Below are positions 11,244-24,888 of a DNA stretch of 64,000 nt, piece after piece (the stretch's first letter is position 1; each line of letters starts with the position of its first letter). The notes below the pieces were generated by a model. The model worked only from the letters and a program-made list of their open reading frames with translations, did not search any database and was not told the DNA's origin. Both the position numbers and the translations under genes were made by a program. The stretch lies in the NCBI GenBank assembly GCA_951406725.2, contig OX597818.1, positions 22,754,001 through 22,818,000 on the forward strand. Reading direction: 5' to 3'. This DNA comes from Octopus vulgaris. Its lineage: Eukaryota.

Positions 11244-11253
<10 letters not shown>
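10785..11253. repeat. ~200-bp near-perfect inverted repeat (foldback), probably PLE-derived
   Basis: Arms 10785-10986 and 11052-11253 differ at about 2 positions; spacer ~65 nt. Confidence 0.92.
11086..11125 (+). ncRNA. Minimal type I hammerhead, U3-A8 core variant (mirror copy at 10913-10952, minus strand)
   Basis: aagaaat-TTGAAAA-gctgaacgc-GAAA-ccgg-TC-atttctt. 7-bp stem I, GUC site, palindromic stem III. Confidence 0.75.
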
Positions 11254-11279
<26 letters not shown>

Positions 11280-11390
11280 GGAACAAAAACGCACTAGAGG
11301 ACATTAAACATTCGGATAGATAGACGATACAAAGGCGGACAAGAGAAACAACAATTAGAAGTATAGTAAAAAATTGACGGGTCATTCGGG

Positions 11391-11454
11391 GCTTTTTTTC
11401 CTCAGTCAAGTCCCAGAAGTCACGACCATTTCGGGCAGTTACACTTGAGATGGT
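11391..11454 (-). ncRNA. Non-circularly permuted hammerhead motif (family 2)
   Basis: Minus strand accaT-C-tcaagt..gccc-GAAA-tggt..acttga-CTGAGGA-aaaaaagc. Stems III (5 bp) and I (6 bp) are perfect; stem II is eroded. Confidence 0.68.
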
Positions 11455-12048
11455 TCGATCTGGTTGCCCCCCCCCTCTGCCCCCCCCCCCCCAAGGCTAA
11501 GCTAAGAGCATTAGACACCTTTGTAAGAAAACTAGCGAACGTTTACGGCAACAAAGACGAAAAAACAAAAACAAAAAACAGAACATGGTACACAATTATA
11601 AATACAAGCAACAAGAAAGTAACAACAGGTGTCTTTCGACTGAGAACGAATCAAATTTAGCTGGACTGTATGAAATGAAAGCCTAAAGGCAGGAACATAT
11701 GTGTTTGTGTGTGTGTGTGTTTGTCCCCTCGCCATCGCTTGACAACCGATGTTGGTATGTTTTCGTCCCTGAATCTTAGCAGTTCGGCCAAATAGACCGA
11801 TACAATAAGTACTAGGCAATCCTGTGGTTGATTTATTCGACTAAAGGCGATGCTCTAGCATGGCCGTAATCAAATGACTGAATCAAGTAAAAGAATAAAA
11901 GGATTATATATATATATATATATAATTTATAAGGATAAAGGACACAGACTTCATGTAGAATATGTTCCATACATTAATAGGACTCTACTGTTTGAAAACA
12001 TAAGAACTTAAACATATACCAATCTCTCACTCTCTCTCTCTCTCTGCG

Positions 12049-12106
<58 letters not shown>

Positions 12107-12499
12107 GGTAAATGTTTTGAAGAATATGCTTTAAATTCTTATGTTTTAAATATATTTATATTAGTGAATGTGTGTCTATTTGTAATTCTTTCAGAGTGGA
12201 TTTTGCGAGAAATAATCCTAATGATATGAATAATTTACAACCTTAATAGTTAATATTTTCATAGAAATTAAAAGCAGCAATTTACGTAGAAAAAGAACAC
12301 GCCCATACACTAGAGAGATTCGAATCGTATATTTAGTGCTTGCTAGGTGAACGCTTGAACGATAAATCTACAGCGCAAATTTCGCACCCAAACATTTGGT
12401 AAGTTTGGAGGTAATTCCTGCTGTATAACGTGTGATATTTTAGTCATCTACGGTATTCAAATATGATTTCAAGGCGAATATCATAATAATGAATATAAT

Positions 12500-13400
12500 A
12501 GCAAATGACATTCGCCTTGAAATTATATTTAAATTATGTAGATGTCATTATGATAGCCCATCAAAGATGATGAGAGCATCGACCCAAGGCATTCATCCTC
12601 CTCTAGTCTCTATCATTACTACCACTGGTTTCAAAATGTCTTCTAGTATAGAGAGTAATTTATGCAGAGGCCTAAAAACATATATTTCTGCAACAAGACT
12701 CTTTTGTTGACAGATTTAACCAGTTTTATAGATAATTGTTCGTATTTTGGCACATTATCCAACCATTTCAGTGTTAACTAATAATATAGGATCAAAAGCA
12801 GATCTTTCTCCGAAATAAATATTATGTAAAAAGAAAAAAAAAAAAAATCGGTGACGTGCACTTTTGAAATCATAACGACGAAAACATTGGCAGAAATCGA
12901 AAGCGTATCAAACTTCGTACTGATGGGATACAAATTTTTCACCAACATTTTCTTATACAAAGTAGAAATTCATTGAGCTTAATTTCACTGCTAGACTAAA
13001 TTGATGCAAATATGACTACATGTATCTATTCATAACTAACACTGTATTACTGTATTGGTACTCGAGTAAGTTTACAAAGGTTTGCTATTGCAGAGTGAAA
13101 CGCCATCTGTCTTACGATAGCGACTCTCTTACAATAGCCGCCATGTTTGGTTATTAGTCTTTTGGATAACTGAAGTGAATGTGGCAAATATAAAAAATCA
13201 ATATTTTGGAACGTGTTAAGTATTTTACTATTACACATTCTTATAAATTATTCAAGGAAAGAGAGGCATTGCCCAACATCTCTGCTGAACATCTCAGACA
13301 GGTAAAAATCGATGTATAGGACGCTCTCTGATTCATCATTGATTAAAACACGTGGATTATCATCATGTGATGGTAAAGACTCACAACAAGTCAGTAGAAT
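12500..13400 (-). mobile_element. Highly decayed DNA transposase remnant, possibly hAT
   Basis: Scattered minus-strand fragments LINDES, DFLYL and TCSHICINL in hAT-like order. Weak. Confidence 0.3.
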
Positions 13401-13469
13401 ATATCTTGCTTGGTCAAGGTAAAGCGTAACCCACTGAAAGTGTACAATGAATAATTATAATTCTTTTTA

Positions 13470-13665
13470 GTTATAGGCACAAGGCCTGACATTTTGAGAA
13501 AGGAGACTAGTCGATTACATCAATCCAAGCAATTGATTGGTACTTGTTATTTTTCTCGATCTGAAAGGATGAAAAGCAAAGTCAAATTCAGCAGAATTTG
13601 AACTCAGGAGGTAGAACCGGAAGAAATAGGCGTTAAACCCTTTGTCCGATGTGCTCGCCGCAATA
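13470..13665 (-). mobile_element. SINE family A, diverged
   Basis: GAAAGGATGAAAAGCAAAGTC..GAATTTGAACTCAG. Confidence 0.7.
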
Positions 13666-13745
13666 AATCATTACTAATAGAAATTGAATGCTTGAGATAA
13701 CGACATGACCCGGTAGGAATAATATATAAAAGAAAAAACAAATCT

Positions 13746-13921
13746 AGGAGTGGCTGTGTGGTAAGTAGCTTGCTAACCAGCCACATGGTTCCGGGTTCAG
13801 TCCCACTGCGTGGCATCTTGGGCAAGTGTCTTCTGCTATAGCCCCGGGCCGACCAATGCCTTGTGAGTGGATTTGGTAGACGGAAACTGAAAGAAGCCTG
13901 TCGTATATATGTATATATATA

Positions 13922-13987
<66 letters not shown>

Positions 13988-14200
13988 TGTGTCTGTGTTT
14001 GTCCCCCTAGCATTGCTTGACAACTGATGCTGGTGTGTTTACGTCCCCGTCACTTAGCGGTTCGGCAAAAAGAGACTAATAGAATAAGTACTGGGCTTAC
14101 AAAAAATAAGTCCCGGGGTCGAGTTGCTCGACTAAAGGCGGTGCTCCAGCATGGCCGCAGTCAACTGACTGAAACGAGTAAAAGAGTAAAAGAGTAAAGA
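13746..14200 (+). mobile_element. CORE-like tRNA-derived SINE family B, near full length
   Basis: Head AGGAGTGGCTGTGTGGTAAG, B-box-like GGGTTCAGTCCC, CORE-like CTTGGGCAAGTGTCTT, internal (TA)/(TG)n and (GTAAAAGA)n tail. Confidence 0.88.
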
Positions 14201-14759
14201 GTATAGTACTCCATACATACATGAGCGGATAGATTGATAGATAGATACATACATACATACATGCATACATAAATGCATACATACATACATACATACATAC
14301 ATACATACATACATACATACCTAGATTGATTAATAGATAGATCCATCCATACATACATAGATACATACATACATGCATAGATACATACGTACATACATAC
14401 ATACATACATGCATGCATAAATACAAGCATACTCACGGACGGACGGACGGACACACGTACGCACACACATTACGGCATTTAAAAGACACCTTTAATCCTC
14501 GTCGTATAACACATCAGTCCATCTGTGCTAATCCAAATCTAGGAGGGAAGGGGTGCGAATTTTGTCTCATGCCAGATAAGAACTGACGGTCTAAATAGAC
14601 ACTCTGGGCGGTCATTCACGATCTTGTCACTGCTTGCTGGACTCGAATGAATAGCTGGCAAAATTTGACCTCGGAAGAACTTAAACTCAGAATTAAAGTG
14701 CCGGACCAATTATAAAGTATTTGCCCAATGATCTAACGAATTTGCCAATCAACCGCTTC

Positions 14760-14888
<129 letters not shown>

Positions 14889-15022
14889 CCTGCCTGCCTG
14901 CGTGCCTGCCTGTCTGTACATATGTATGTCAGTCCGTCCGTCTGTCTGTCTATCTTTCTCTTTATCTATCTCTCTATCCCCTCACACATACACACACACA
15001 CATTTATATATCTTTATATATA

Positions 15023-15060
<38 letters not shown>

Positions 15061-15129
15061 GTGCATATACGAATATGCATACAAACATATAATATATGCA
15101 TGCATGTATTTATATATGTCTGAATGTAC

Positions 15130-15176
<47 letters not shown>

Positions 15177-15632
15177 TGGATGTACGTATGTATATATCAT
15201 ACAGTCTCATATAGATACAAGAATAAGGGAATGAATTACCTCAAATCATTTTATTGACGTTCAAACGGTTTTGCCAATCCATAACCCTTAATGAAACCTT
15301 TAGATAAATAATTATAAATAATTGTAAATTCTTATTTAGAGATATGACGCAGAACTGAAATAAAGAAAAACAAATATAAATAAAAAGAAATGGAAAAACA
15401 AAGCTATGATAGATCGTGTAATGAAAATATGCGTTTTATTAATTTTCCGTTCACTTTCACGACAAACATTTGTTTCTGAGAAATGCAATTAAGCGAAGGA
15501 ATGTGGTTAAAACTGTTAGGTATAGAGGGATAACGTTCGAAACTTTCTCTGAGTGCGAGTGAATTGTTAATCAAAATTTTCCGACTTGATCGTCAGGAGA
15601 CTGATCACAACTAAGTAAAACACACACACGCA

Positions 15633-15691
<59 letters not shown>

Positions 15692-15830
15692 TCATATATG
15701 TGTGTGTGTATGTATATATGCGTGTACACATATACATTATATATATATGTGTGTGTGTGTGTATATATACTTATATATACTATATTACATTATATTATAT
15801 TATATCATATTACATTATATTATATATATA

Positions 15831-16258
15831 GGCGTAAGTGTGGCTATGTGGTAAGTAGCTAGCTTCCCATCCACATGGTTCCGGCTTCAGTCCCACTGCG
15901 TGGCACCTTGGGCAAGTGTCTTCTACTATAGCCTCGGGCCGACCAAAGCCTTGTGAGTGAATTTGGTAGACGGAAACTGAAAAACGCCTGTCGTATATAT
16001 GTATATATATATATATATACATATGTATGTGAGTGTGTATGTTTATGTGTCTGTGTTTGTCCCCCACCCCCGCCTACATCGCTTGACAACCGATGCTGGT
16101 GTGTTTACGTCCCCGTAACTTAGCGGTTCGGCAAAAGAGACCGATTGTATAAGTGCTAGGCTTACAAAGAATAAGGCCTGAGGTCGATTTGCTCGACTAA
16201 AAGGTGGTACTCCAGCATGGCTACAGTCAAATGACTGAAACAAGTAAAAGCGTAAAAG
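15831..16258 (+). mobile_element. SINE family B, full length
   Basis: Collinear with 13746-14200. Confidence 0.88.
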
Positions 16259-16394
16259 CGTATATGTATTTGTGTGACTCAGCTCTGAATATATATATAT
16301 TAGCATAAATTATTCAACTTTATCAAAGAGTATTGATTGCATTCGCTGCATAATTGCATTTTACAGCTTGGTAGCACTACCAAGTATGTCTTTT

Positions 16395-16604
16395 ATATTT
16401 TACTTGTTTCTGTCATTTGACGTCGGCCATGCTGGGGCACTGTCAGGAATAGTTCTTTGACGACTGAATCGACCCTCATACTTTTTTTTTTGTAAGTCTG
16501 GTACTCATTCTATAGCTCTCCTTTACCGTACCGCGAAATTACAGGGACATAAACATACCAACACCGGCTGTCAAGCGGTTGTTGGGTACAAACATAGGCA
16601 AAAA

Positions 16605-16640
<36 letters not shown>

Positions 16641-16780
16641 CATTTATATATGATGAGCTTCTTTCAGATTCCGTTTATCAAATGCCTCACAAGGCTTTGG
16701 TCGGCCCGAGGCTATAGTAGAGGATATTGAAGCCTGTACCAAGCTAATGGGAGACAAAATTCTTAGCACACAACCACGCC
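16395..16780 (-). mobile_element. SINE family B, inverted and internally deleted
   Basis: Reverse complement of family B tail and head segments. Confidence 0.75.
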
Positions 16781-16843
16781 AATGTATGTATGTATGTATG
16801 TATGTATGTATGTATGTATGTATGTATGTATGTATGTATTATA

Positions 16844-17059
16844 GGCGCGGGAGTCGCTGTATGGTAAGTAACTTGCTTACCAGCCACATGGTTCCGGGTT
16901 CAGTCCCACTGTGTGGCACCTTGGGCGAGTGTCTTCTACTATAGCCTCGGGCCAACCAAACACTTGTGAGTGGATTTGGTAGACGGAAACTGAAAATATG
17001 CCCGTCGTATGTATGTATGTATGTATGTATGTATGTATGTATGTATGTATGTATGTATG

Positions 17060-17112
<53 letters not shown>

Positions 17113-17620
17113 ATCACGTGACCGACCAGGCTATCAGATGTTGCTATACATCGCTGGTCACAATGCGCTTCGCATTGTTTTAGCCTTCAATGACGCCACC
17201 CCGCTGGCTAAGCGAGCAGGCCAACAGAAGAAAGAGTGAGAGAAAGTTGTGGCGAAAGAGTACAGCAGGGATCGCCACCACCACCCCCTGCCGGAGCCTC
17301 GTGGAGCTTTAGGTGTTTTCGCTCAATAAACACTCACAACGCCCGGTCTGAGAATCGAAACCGCGATCCTACAACCGCGAGTCCGCTGCCCTAAACACTG
17401 GACCATTGCGCCTCATATCTGTATGTGTGTTTGTGTGTCTGTGTTTGTCCCCCAACATCGCTTGACAACCGATGCTTGACAACCTAGCGGTTCGGCAAAA
17501 GAGACTGATGGAATAAGTACTAGGCTTACAAATACAAAGAATAAGTCCTGGGGTCGATTTGCTCGACTGAAGGCGGTGCTCCAGCATGACCGCAGTCAAA
17601 TGACTGAAACAAGCAAAAGA
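16844..17620 (+). mobile_element. SINE family B interrupted by a family D SINE
   Basis: 5' half 16844-17008 and 3' half ~17420-17620. Confidence 0.8.
17104..17414 (-). mobile_element. tRNA-derived SINE family D, full length (tRNA-Arg-like head)
   Basis: Minus-strand head GAGGCGCAATGGTCCAGTGTTTAGGGCAGCGGACTCGCGG..GGTTTCGATTCTC and tail GGTCACGTGATCACGTGATA. Confidence 0.82.
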
Positions 17621-17829
17621 ATATATGTATGTGTGTGTATCTATACATCGAACTATATTTATATACATACAAACATATGTATGCATGCATGTATATATGT
17701 ATTATGTACGTATATACTCACTCGCGCACACACATATATGATGAAAAATGACCAATTACGGAAAGCACAGAATATAGAGATGGTTAAACCCATTTTATCA
17801 GTCAACTTTCGTCCGAGAATAATTTCTGC

Positions 17830-17883
<54 letters not shown>

Positions 17884-18022
17884 GAGAGAGAGACAGACAG
17901 AGTTATATATGCATTTATGTATGTATATGCATGTACATGATTGAGTGTCTTTGTATGTATGTTTAAATATGTAAGTATTTGTGTGATTGTGCATATGCAG
18001 CTATCTATATATTTATGTATGT

Positions 18023-18072
<50 letters not shown>

Positions 18073-18633
18073 TATATCAAGAATTTAAAACATTCATTAT
18101 TAAAATCATCTCTACGCTCCTCGTGTTTTAACATATATATATATTTCAGCAATCTTTTATGTTTTGTTTGGAGCAATAAATCCCTGCGATGTATCGACGT
18201 TTCAAAACCTTCCCAATCTTTTCTTACCGAAAGTATTTTAATGGCAGTCTTTATTGCTGTTTTTCATTGTAGGCAATAGATGAGAGTCATGTGAATGCTC
18301 CTGTGTCCATTTTTCATTGGTTATGTCCGTACTTTCTCATCTTTAATGCCAGATTTCTTTAGAAAACACACAACAGAAACAACAAAAATCATAAAGAACT
18401 ACACATGATTACTAACATACAGATTAGACCACAAATTTTGAAGGAGAAGGCTTCTATGAATTAAATATACTTCAGTATTATACTTCAATTTATTTTTATC
18501 GAACTCGACTAGGATTGAACACAGAACACAGAGACCTAAGAATATACCACAAAGACTAGTTTTACTATTTACTTACTCCTTTCCAATGTGCCCGTGTTAT
18601 ACAACTTACTTAAGCCTTACGCTCCCTGCAGAA

Positions 18634-18767
18634 CAGTCATGGGCAAACTGCGGCACGAGGAACATTCTGAATGGCACGCTTAACTTTGAAATTATTTAGT
18701 AGTGCAGCCTCCTGATGAACTATGTCTTATGCAGCCCTCTTTACGTGAAAAAGGTTGCCTATGCCAA
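18634..18767. mobile_element. Short hAT-like MITE
   Basis: Imperfect TIRs cagtcatgggcaaact / aggttgcctatgcc. Confidence 0.5.
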
Positions 18768-18779
18768 CCATAGAGCAGG

Positions 18780-19110
18780 GGTCATCACGATGTTGTTCCT
18801 CTGTTCTTGCTTCTAAGTTGCCCTTTTTGCTTCTTCCCAGTCGAATCCCAGCTTTTCTACTCGCACTGTCCTTTCCGTTTCCCCGAGGAAGGCCTTCCTC
18901 TCTTAGGTTTTGTTAATTACGAATTGTCATCAATGCTTCGAATGGACCCTACGCTAACCAATTCTTACCTCTGGGAAAAAATGGTCCAAATTATCCTGAC
19001 TTCTCATATACTTTGACTTTTCCAAGTATGGGAAACCCTACAAGGAGCATACTCTCTGCTGCCATAGCTCTGGGGGTTATTGAGACTCCCGAGGCCCCAT
19101 ACTGCAACAA
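18780..19110 (-). mobile_element. Decayed RTE-like LINE 3' fragment
   Basis: Minus-strand KRGRP..RTVRVEKLGFDWEEAKR resembles an RTE ORF C-terminus. Confidence 0.45.
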
Positions 19111-19404
19111 TGACAGGATCTTGTGGTGGTCTTTGTATTACGCCAGACGTGACTTGTGGCTAAATTTGGCCACTGTCTTTCTTACATGTAGAGCACCTTC
19201 ATAGAACAGTGTATTCCCAATCTTCTCAACTTTGTAATGCACTGGAAATTTAATTAAATAAATATTTACTGACAAACAAGAGATAAAAATAATTTGTTGC
19301 CGTACTTTGCTGCCGCATGAAAAGTTTTTGGAAACCTTGTTCTCTAGTTAAAAATTTCGTAAAAATTATAGAAAATCATTTCTTATCTTTTTTTTATCAA
19401 TATC

Positions 19405-19476
19405 ATAAATATGGTCTAGTGATTAGGATTCCTGATTTTCACCCCGGCGGACCGGGTTCGAGTTTCGGCATGAGAA
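19405..19476 (+). pseudogene. tRNA-Glu(TTC) pseudogene
   Basis: ATGGTCTAGTGATTAGGATTCCTGATTTTCACCCCGGCGGACCGGGTTCGAG closely follows eukaryotic tRNA-Glu. Acceptor and anticodon stems are broken. Confidence 0.8.
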
Positions 19477-20078
19477 CACTATATATATTTTGTAGATACA
19501 GGCATAACTGTGTGTTAATAAACTCGCATTGCAAGCATACGATTTCAGGTACATCCCGACCTACGGTAGGTCATTGTATAGGATGCAATGTGGAAGTTTG
19601 GAGATGCTGTGTTTATTAATGACACTAGTACTGTGTGGTTGTTGCTGTTGTTGTTATTTAGGTCCTAGATCGGCTCTGACAGAGGAGCATTATGTAAACT
19701 GCCTGACTAAATGACTGCCATCCAACTAGTTAAGGCTCCACTACTCTCTTTGATAGACAGCGATTTATGGTATCCTACACGCACTCGCGCTGTCGCGCAC
19801 GCACACAATCACACACAAAAACATACATGCATGCATAGACAGATCCCCTTCTTCTTCTTCTTCTTCTTCTTCTTCTTCTTCTTCTTCTTCTTCTTCTTCT
19901 TCTTCTTCTTCTTCTTCTTCTTCTTCTTCTTCTTCCCTACCAAGAATTCACGACGACCTCGAACCCACAAGAGTAAACAAGGGAGGCAGGAACAAGGAAA
20001 ATGTATTTGAACACTATGCAAATATTCTTCAAAAAAAACTTTTCTTTGAATTTTTCAAAATTTAATTGTTTTCCATAC

Positions 20079-20120
20079 TTACAGTTGAAAAAGTCTCAAT
20101 GATTGAAACCGGTACAGCAA
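20079..20120 (+). ncRNA. Decayed minimal hammerhead, U3-A8 variant
   Basis: ttacag-TTGAAAA-agtc/gatt-GAAA-ccgg-TA-cagcaa. Two mismatches in stem I. Confidence 0.5.
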
Positions 20121-20191
20121 TGTTTTTTTATAAATTATGCCTATAATATGAAAGATTATTATAATTACATTAGAAATCATCATCGTCATCA

Positions 20192-20249
<58 letters not shown>

Positions 20250-20354
20250 ATAATAATTATTATTATATAATATAATTATTATTATTATATAATATTATTT
20301 TAGCATTTTCTACCTTAACTTTTTTCCATATATATATATATATACATATATATA

Positions 20355-20396
<42 letters not shown>

Positions 20397-20549
20397 ATGC
20401 ATGTATACATGCATGCATGTATGTATGTATATAATCTTACAGATATATACAACAGATACGAATGTAACAGATATAAGAGCAAAGAGCGATGCTAGATTAG
20501 TAGAATTTAATTTAGCACGGAAATCAGCAATGAGTTTACGCTGACTTAT

Positions 20550-21330
20550 AACTGGAGATTACTTCACATGTTAAATGCATAACACATTCATCAAGTTTAC
20601 TGAGAAACTCATAATGTTTCCGTCCTTCTATACGAAACAAGATGAAAAAATATCCATGCAAAAGTAAAGCGGCATTTTGAGCTTCCCAGCGAGCATGAGG
20701 AATATGGAAATTAGGCTGTATGTAATTAAGATAGCCATTTATGTAGCATACTTAATGTATACACACTACAGAAACTGACAGGCTAATTACTGCAGTATTT
20801 GTCCTGAGATAGCATGCTATGGATGTACTGTGTTAACAACGCAGTAAATATCGGAGACACCGGATCTTTAATCAGCCGGGCTGCTATTCACAACATCAGT
20901 GATTGCTTTAATAATTTCCCTTCCTGTATCAGAGACGATGAATTCTCGTTCGAGCATATGGCTTGGAAAAGCTCCAAAGAGCCAAAATGCATCTGGTGTT
21001 CTCACTGGCCGCGCTGGGATGAATTTTCGCCTCTCTCTGAGATAAATTTTCATTCGGCAATACTTTTCCTCCATGCAACACTTCACTATATAATTTACTG
21101 TTTGATAAAAACTATAGAAAACATGGTTTCTTTCTCATTTGGACTTGCCACATTGATACCAGTCGATGACGTCTGTAAAGCCATTCTTCGATATAAATTT
21201 TTCTTTAATGGTTTTTTTCGTTGCTGTTTTATTAAGGTGATACAAAAACAGAATTATATTCAGTTGTGTTTCCGTGAAATAGAGAAACTATATCTGATTG
21301 AAAACGAAAGGTCGAAAAAAATCATGCGCA
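20550..21330 (-). mobile_element. Possible decayed MULE-like transposase remnant
   Basis: Minus-strand FIVSDTGREIIKAITDV followed by LRC*H resembles the MULE D..CxxH region. Weak. Confidence 0.3.
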
Positions 21331-21731
21331 TGTGTCTAATCTAAATTTCTATTTTGAAAATTATTAATTTACTCACACTACATTGCCAACCCTTCCTCAC
21401 AACCCATGTCTCACTTTCTACACCGTCTGTTCATACGATCACTTCTTCATCTACTTCCTACCTTCACCTTATAACCTATTCACACATTTTCCACTTCTAC
21501 AGGTCATTATATTACTTTACTGCAATGTCAAAGTATCTGTGCTCAAAACTTCAGACTATATTCACACTTTTCCATCACCAAACTTATCAATTAACATGTT
21601 TAACGGCACCTAATGACTTCGTCTATATCTCTATTGTCTGTAATACGATTACTAACTCTTGTCTCATATTCATAAAATATGAATATATATATATCAAATA
21701 CAGTGTACATTTAAACACATAAGGAATCCAC

Positions 21732-21786
<55 letters not shown>

Positions 21787-22160
21787 CAGCTAGAAAGAGG
21801 CACATAGTTGATTGCCTCATGCTTTATATATTTAATCTAAGGTATACCTGTTGACGAAAATTTCACCAAGCGAATATTATTTATTTGCTAAACTAAAATC
21901 AGAAACCAATTGGTCCAAGAAACTAGATGGTAAAAGTTTTTATTTTTTCATTTCGTTCATGTCGGGATTTTATCCCTAATTTTGTGGTTATAGAACCTAG
22001 CTGTTCTTTCTAGCGTGTTGAATCCCACGAGTGGATTCCTTATGTGTTTAAATGTACACTGTATTTTATGACTAATACATAATCTTTGGACTAAATTTTT
22101 ACACGCTAGGCCACTGGAAATGAAAATTTCTATTAACTTCCATTTCCCTTCGATATGATG

Positions 22161-22239
<79 letters not shown>

Positions 22240-22240
<1 letters not shown>

Positions 22241-22450
22241 CGGGAAGCTTTATGAAAATAAACAAAAGACGAAGGCAGGTGGAATACAAACAAACAGTGG
22301 TATTAGTATGGTGCTCAGGAATATAAATAAAACAAGTCTCTTACGTTTCGAGCTCTTCAACAGAAAGATACACAGAAAAGAAACACGGAGAGAAACAAGA
22401 AAAGAAAAAAAATGCGTGCAGAAGCTAGCGAATCAACATGGCGATCTGAT
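22240..22450 (-). mobile_element. PLE pseudo-LTR-like repeat, family 3
   Basis: Homologous to 6640-7022 and flanked by (TA)n. Confidence 0.6.
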
Positions 22451-22508
22451 ATATATATAATAATTATTATTACTATATGATTGAACGCCATGCATCCATT
22501 TCCAAGTA

Positions 22509-22554
<46 letters not shown>

Positions 22555-22834
22555 TACATATGTAGGTGCATGCATACGCCTATTTGTTAATATCCTGTCT
22601 CAACATAGGCCCAAGTGTTTCTAAATACCATGCAGCAACAGAGCTATACAGGCTTGAAAGTAACACCAAAGACAAGTTGAGTTTAGATAGTCGTAAAGAA
22701 ACTAACTTCTCAAATATCGCTCGGCAGAAATCTCTAAATGACTTCACCCTGTAGATAATTCCACAATTTAGCTACTAAGGCTTAAAATGACTATAAAAAA
22801 ATAATAGAAATGATCACCATAGTATCAATTCTTT

Positions 22835-23043
22835 CCCAGGCCTGCGATTCTGGGGGGAGGAGGCAAGTAGATTGCTTCCACTCCAGTATTTGACATATTC
22901 TTTATTTTATCGACCCGAGAAGGGGGAAAGACAAAGCTGACCTCGGCGGAGTTTGAACACTGTAAAGAGTCGGAAATACCGTTAAGTATTTTGCCCGGCG
23001 CGATAACGGTCCTGCGGATTCACCACCTTACTACTACTACTAC

Positions 23044-23074
<31 letters not shown>

Positions 23075-23286
23075 CTTTTCTACTGGAAGCACAAAGTCTC
23101 AAATTTGTGGTGAGGGAACTAGTCGATTACATTGACCCCAGTATTTCACTGATACTTAATTTATCGACCCCAAAAGGACGAAAAGCGAAGTCGACCTCGG
23201 CGGAATTTGAACTCAGAACATAAAGATAGACGAAATGCCTTTAAGCATTTCGCCCGGCGGGCTAACGATTCTGCCAGCTCGCCACC

Positions 23287-23371
<85 letters not shown>

Positions 23372-23550
23372 CAACAACAACAGCCCTTTCTCCCACAGGT
23401 ACTAGGGCTGCAATTTGGGCGTGAGAGGGGGTAAGTCGATTAAATCGATCCACAGTAGTCAACTGGTACTTATTTCATCGACCCCGAAAGGATGAAAGCT
23501 AGAGTCAACCTCAGCGACATTTGAACTCAGAACATGAAAGATGGAAGAAA
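22835..23550 (-). mobile_element. Three head-to-tail SINE family A copies separated by (TAA)n
   Basis: Units at ~22835-23030, 23075-23289 and 23385-23550, each with TATCGACCC..AAAG..GACCTCGGCG..TTTGAAC-like sequence. Confidence 0.82.
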
Positions 23551-24268
23551 AGCCAGGAGAAAAGTCAGTTCACCCCAGTTGTTAGTTGAGTGGTACTTTT
23601 ACTTAATCTGTCTCGAAATAACGACTCTTAAATATAACAAAAAAATTATTTAGTGTTATCGGGAAAGAATTAGAAGATTATGGAAAAATATTCCTATTTA
23701 CAATAATAATAATAATAATATATAATTACATATAATGAACTAAAAATGAATGAACACTCGAAAATAGCTTGATGGATGCACATTACATATGCACAGAAAC
23801 ACACGCGCACAATAACTACATATTTATATGTAACCTACTTAATACGTCTGTTGTATATACATATATAAATATTCATATGAATTGCAAACTGAGTATTTGA
23901 GTGCATGGCTGTGTGTGTGTGTGAGTGTGTGTGTGCGTGCGTGAATGGCTGACTGTTTGTCTTTAGAACTATCGCCGATCGAGTCAAACGTCCATAACGG
24001 ATAATAGATAATTAAATTTTCACTAGAATTGTCCTCATTCAACCGTTCCACTAGCTTTCCCCATTCACATACACACATACAAACACTCACAGACAAGTAA
24101 TTACACATATGCACATGTATGTATCTAAAGACACACACACAAAAACACACACCCAAACACAGGCACGATTTAATCCCAAAATATATAGACATATCACAAA
24201 CACATATTTGGATAAAATTAAATCCTAATACATATATACATGTAAAGTAAATACACATGCATTATTTG

Positions 24269-24326
<58 letters not shown>

Positions 24327-24656
24327 GTTTGTACAAATATACATAAAACTTTATATATATGCATGTGACGCGTGTGTGTGTCTTAGTGTAATAATGTGTA
24401 TTGCTAATATATTAATATATAAAGACAATATATGCATACAGCCTCAAACACAAGCACACACACAGACACATGCACACACACACATACTTACTAGGTAGGA
24501 GAGGGTGGGAGGGAGCCGCACAAAAACAAAATATATCCGCTTCTTTCTTCTTTGTCTCACATCTCATACCGCCAGCTTTACTTATACATACATATACCAC
24601 TCTTTATATATATATACACTATATACACACACACACAATGATACACATACATACCC

Positions 24657-24746
<90 letters not shown>

Positions 24747-24750
24747 GTCA

Positions 24751-24782
<32 letters not shown>

Positions 24783-24789
24783 TATATAT

Positions 24790-24888
<99 letters not shown>

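Larger units (their letters stand above)
10411..11900 (+). mobile_element. SINE family B split by nested insertions (5' half 10411-10572, 3' half ~11701-11900)
   Basis: Both halves match the intact copy at 13746-14200. The inserts lie within the internal microsatellite. Confidence 0.7.

Noticed and set aside
18710-18722. CTGATGA
   Set aside because: No GAAA or UH strands with complementary stems; lies inside a MITE.
19405-19476. Functional tRNA-Glu gene
   Set aside because: Acceptor and anticodon stems are disrupted; kept only as a pseudogene.
21847-21919. TTGACGA..GAAACCAATTGGTC hammerhead-like motif
   Set aside because: Good palindromic stem III, but stems I and II are poorly paired. Probably a decayed HHR and not supportable alone.
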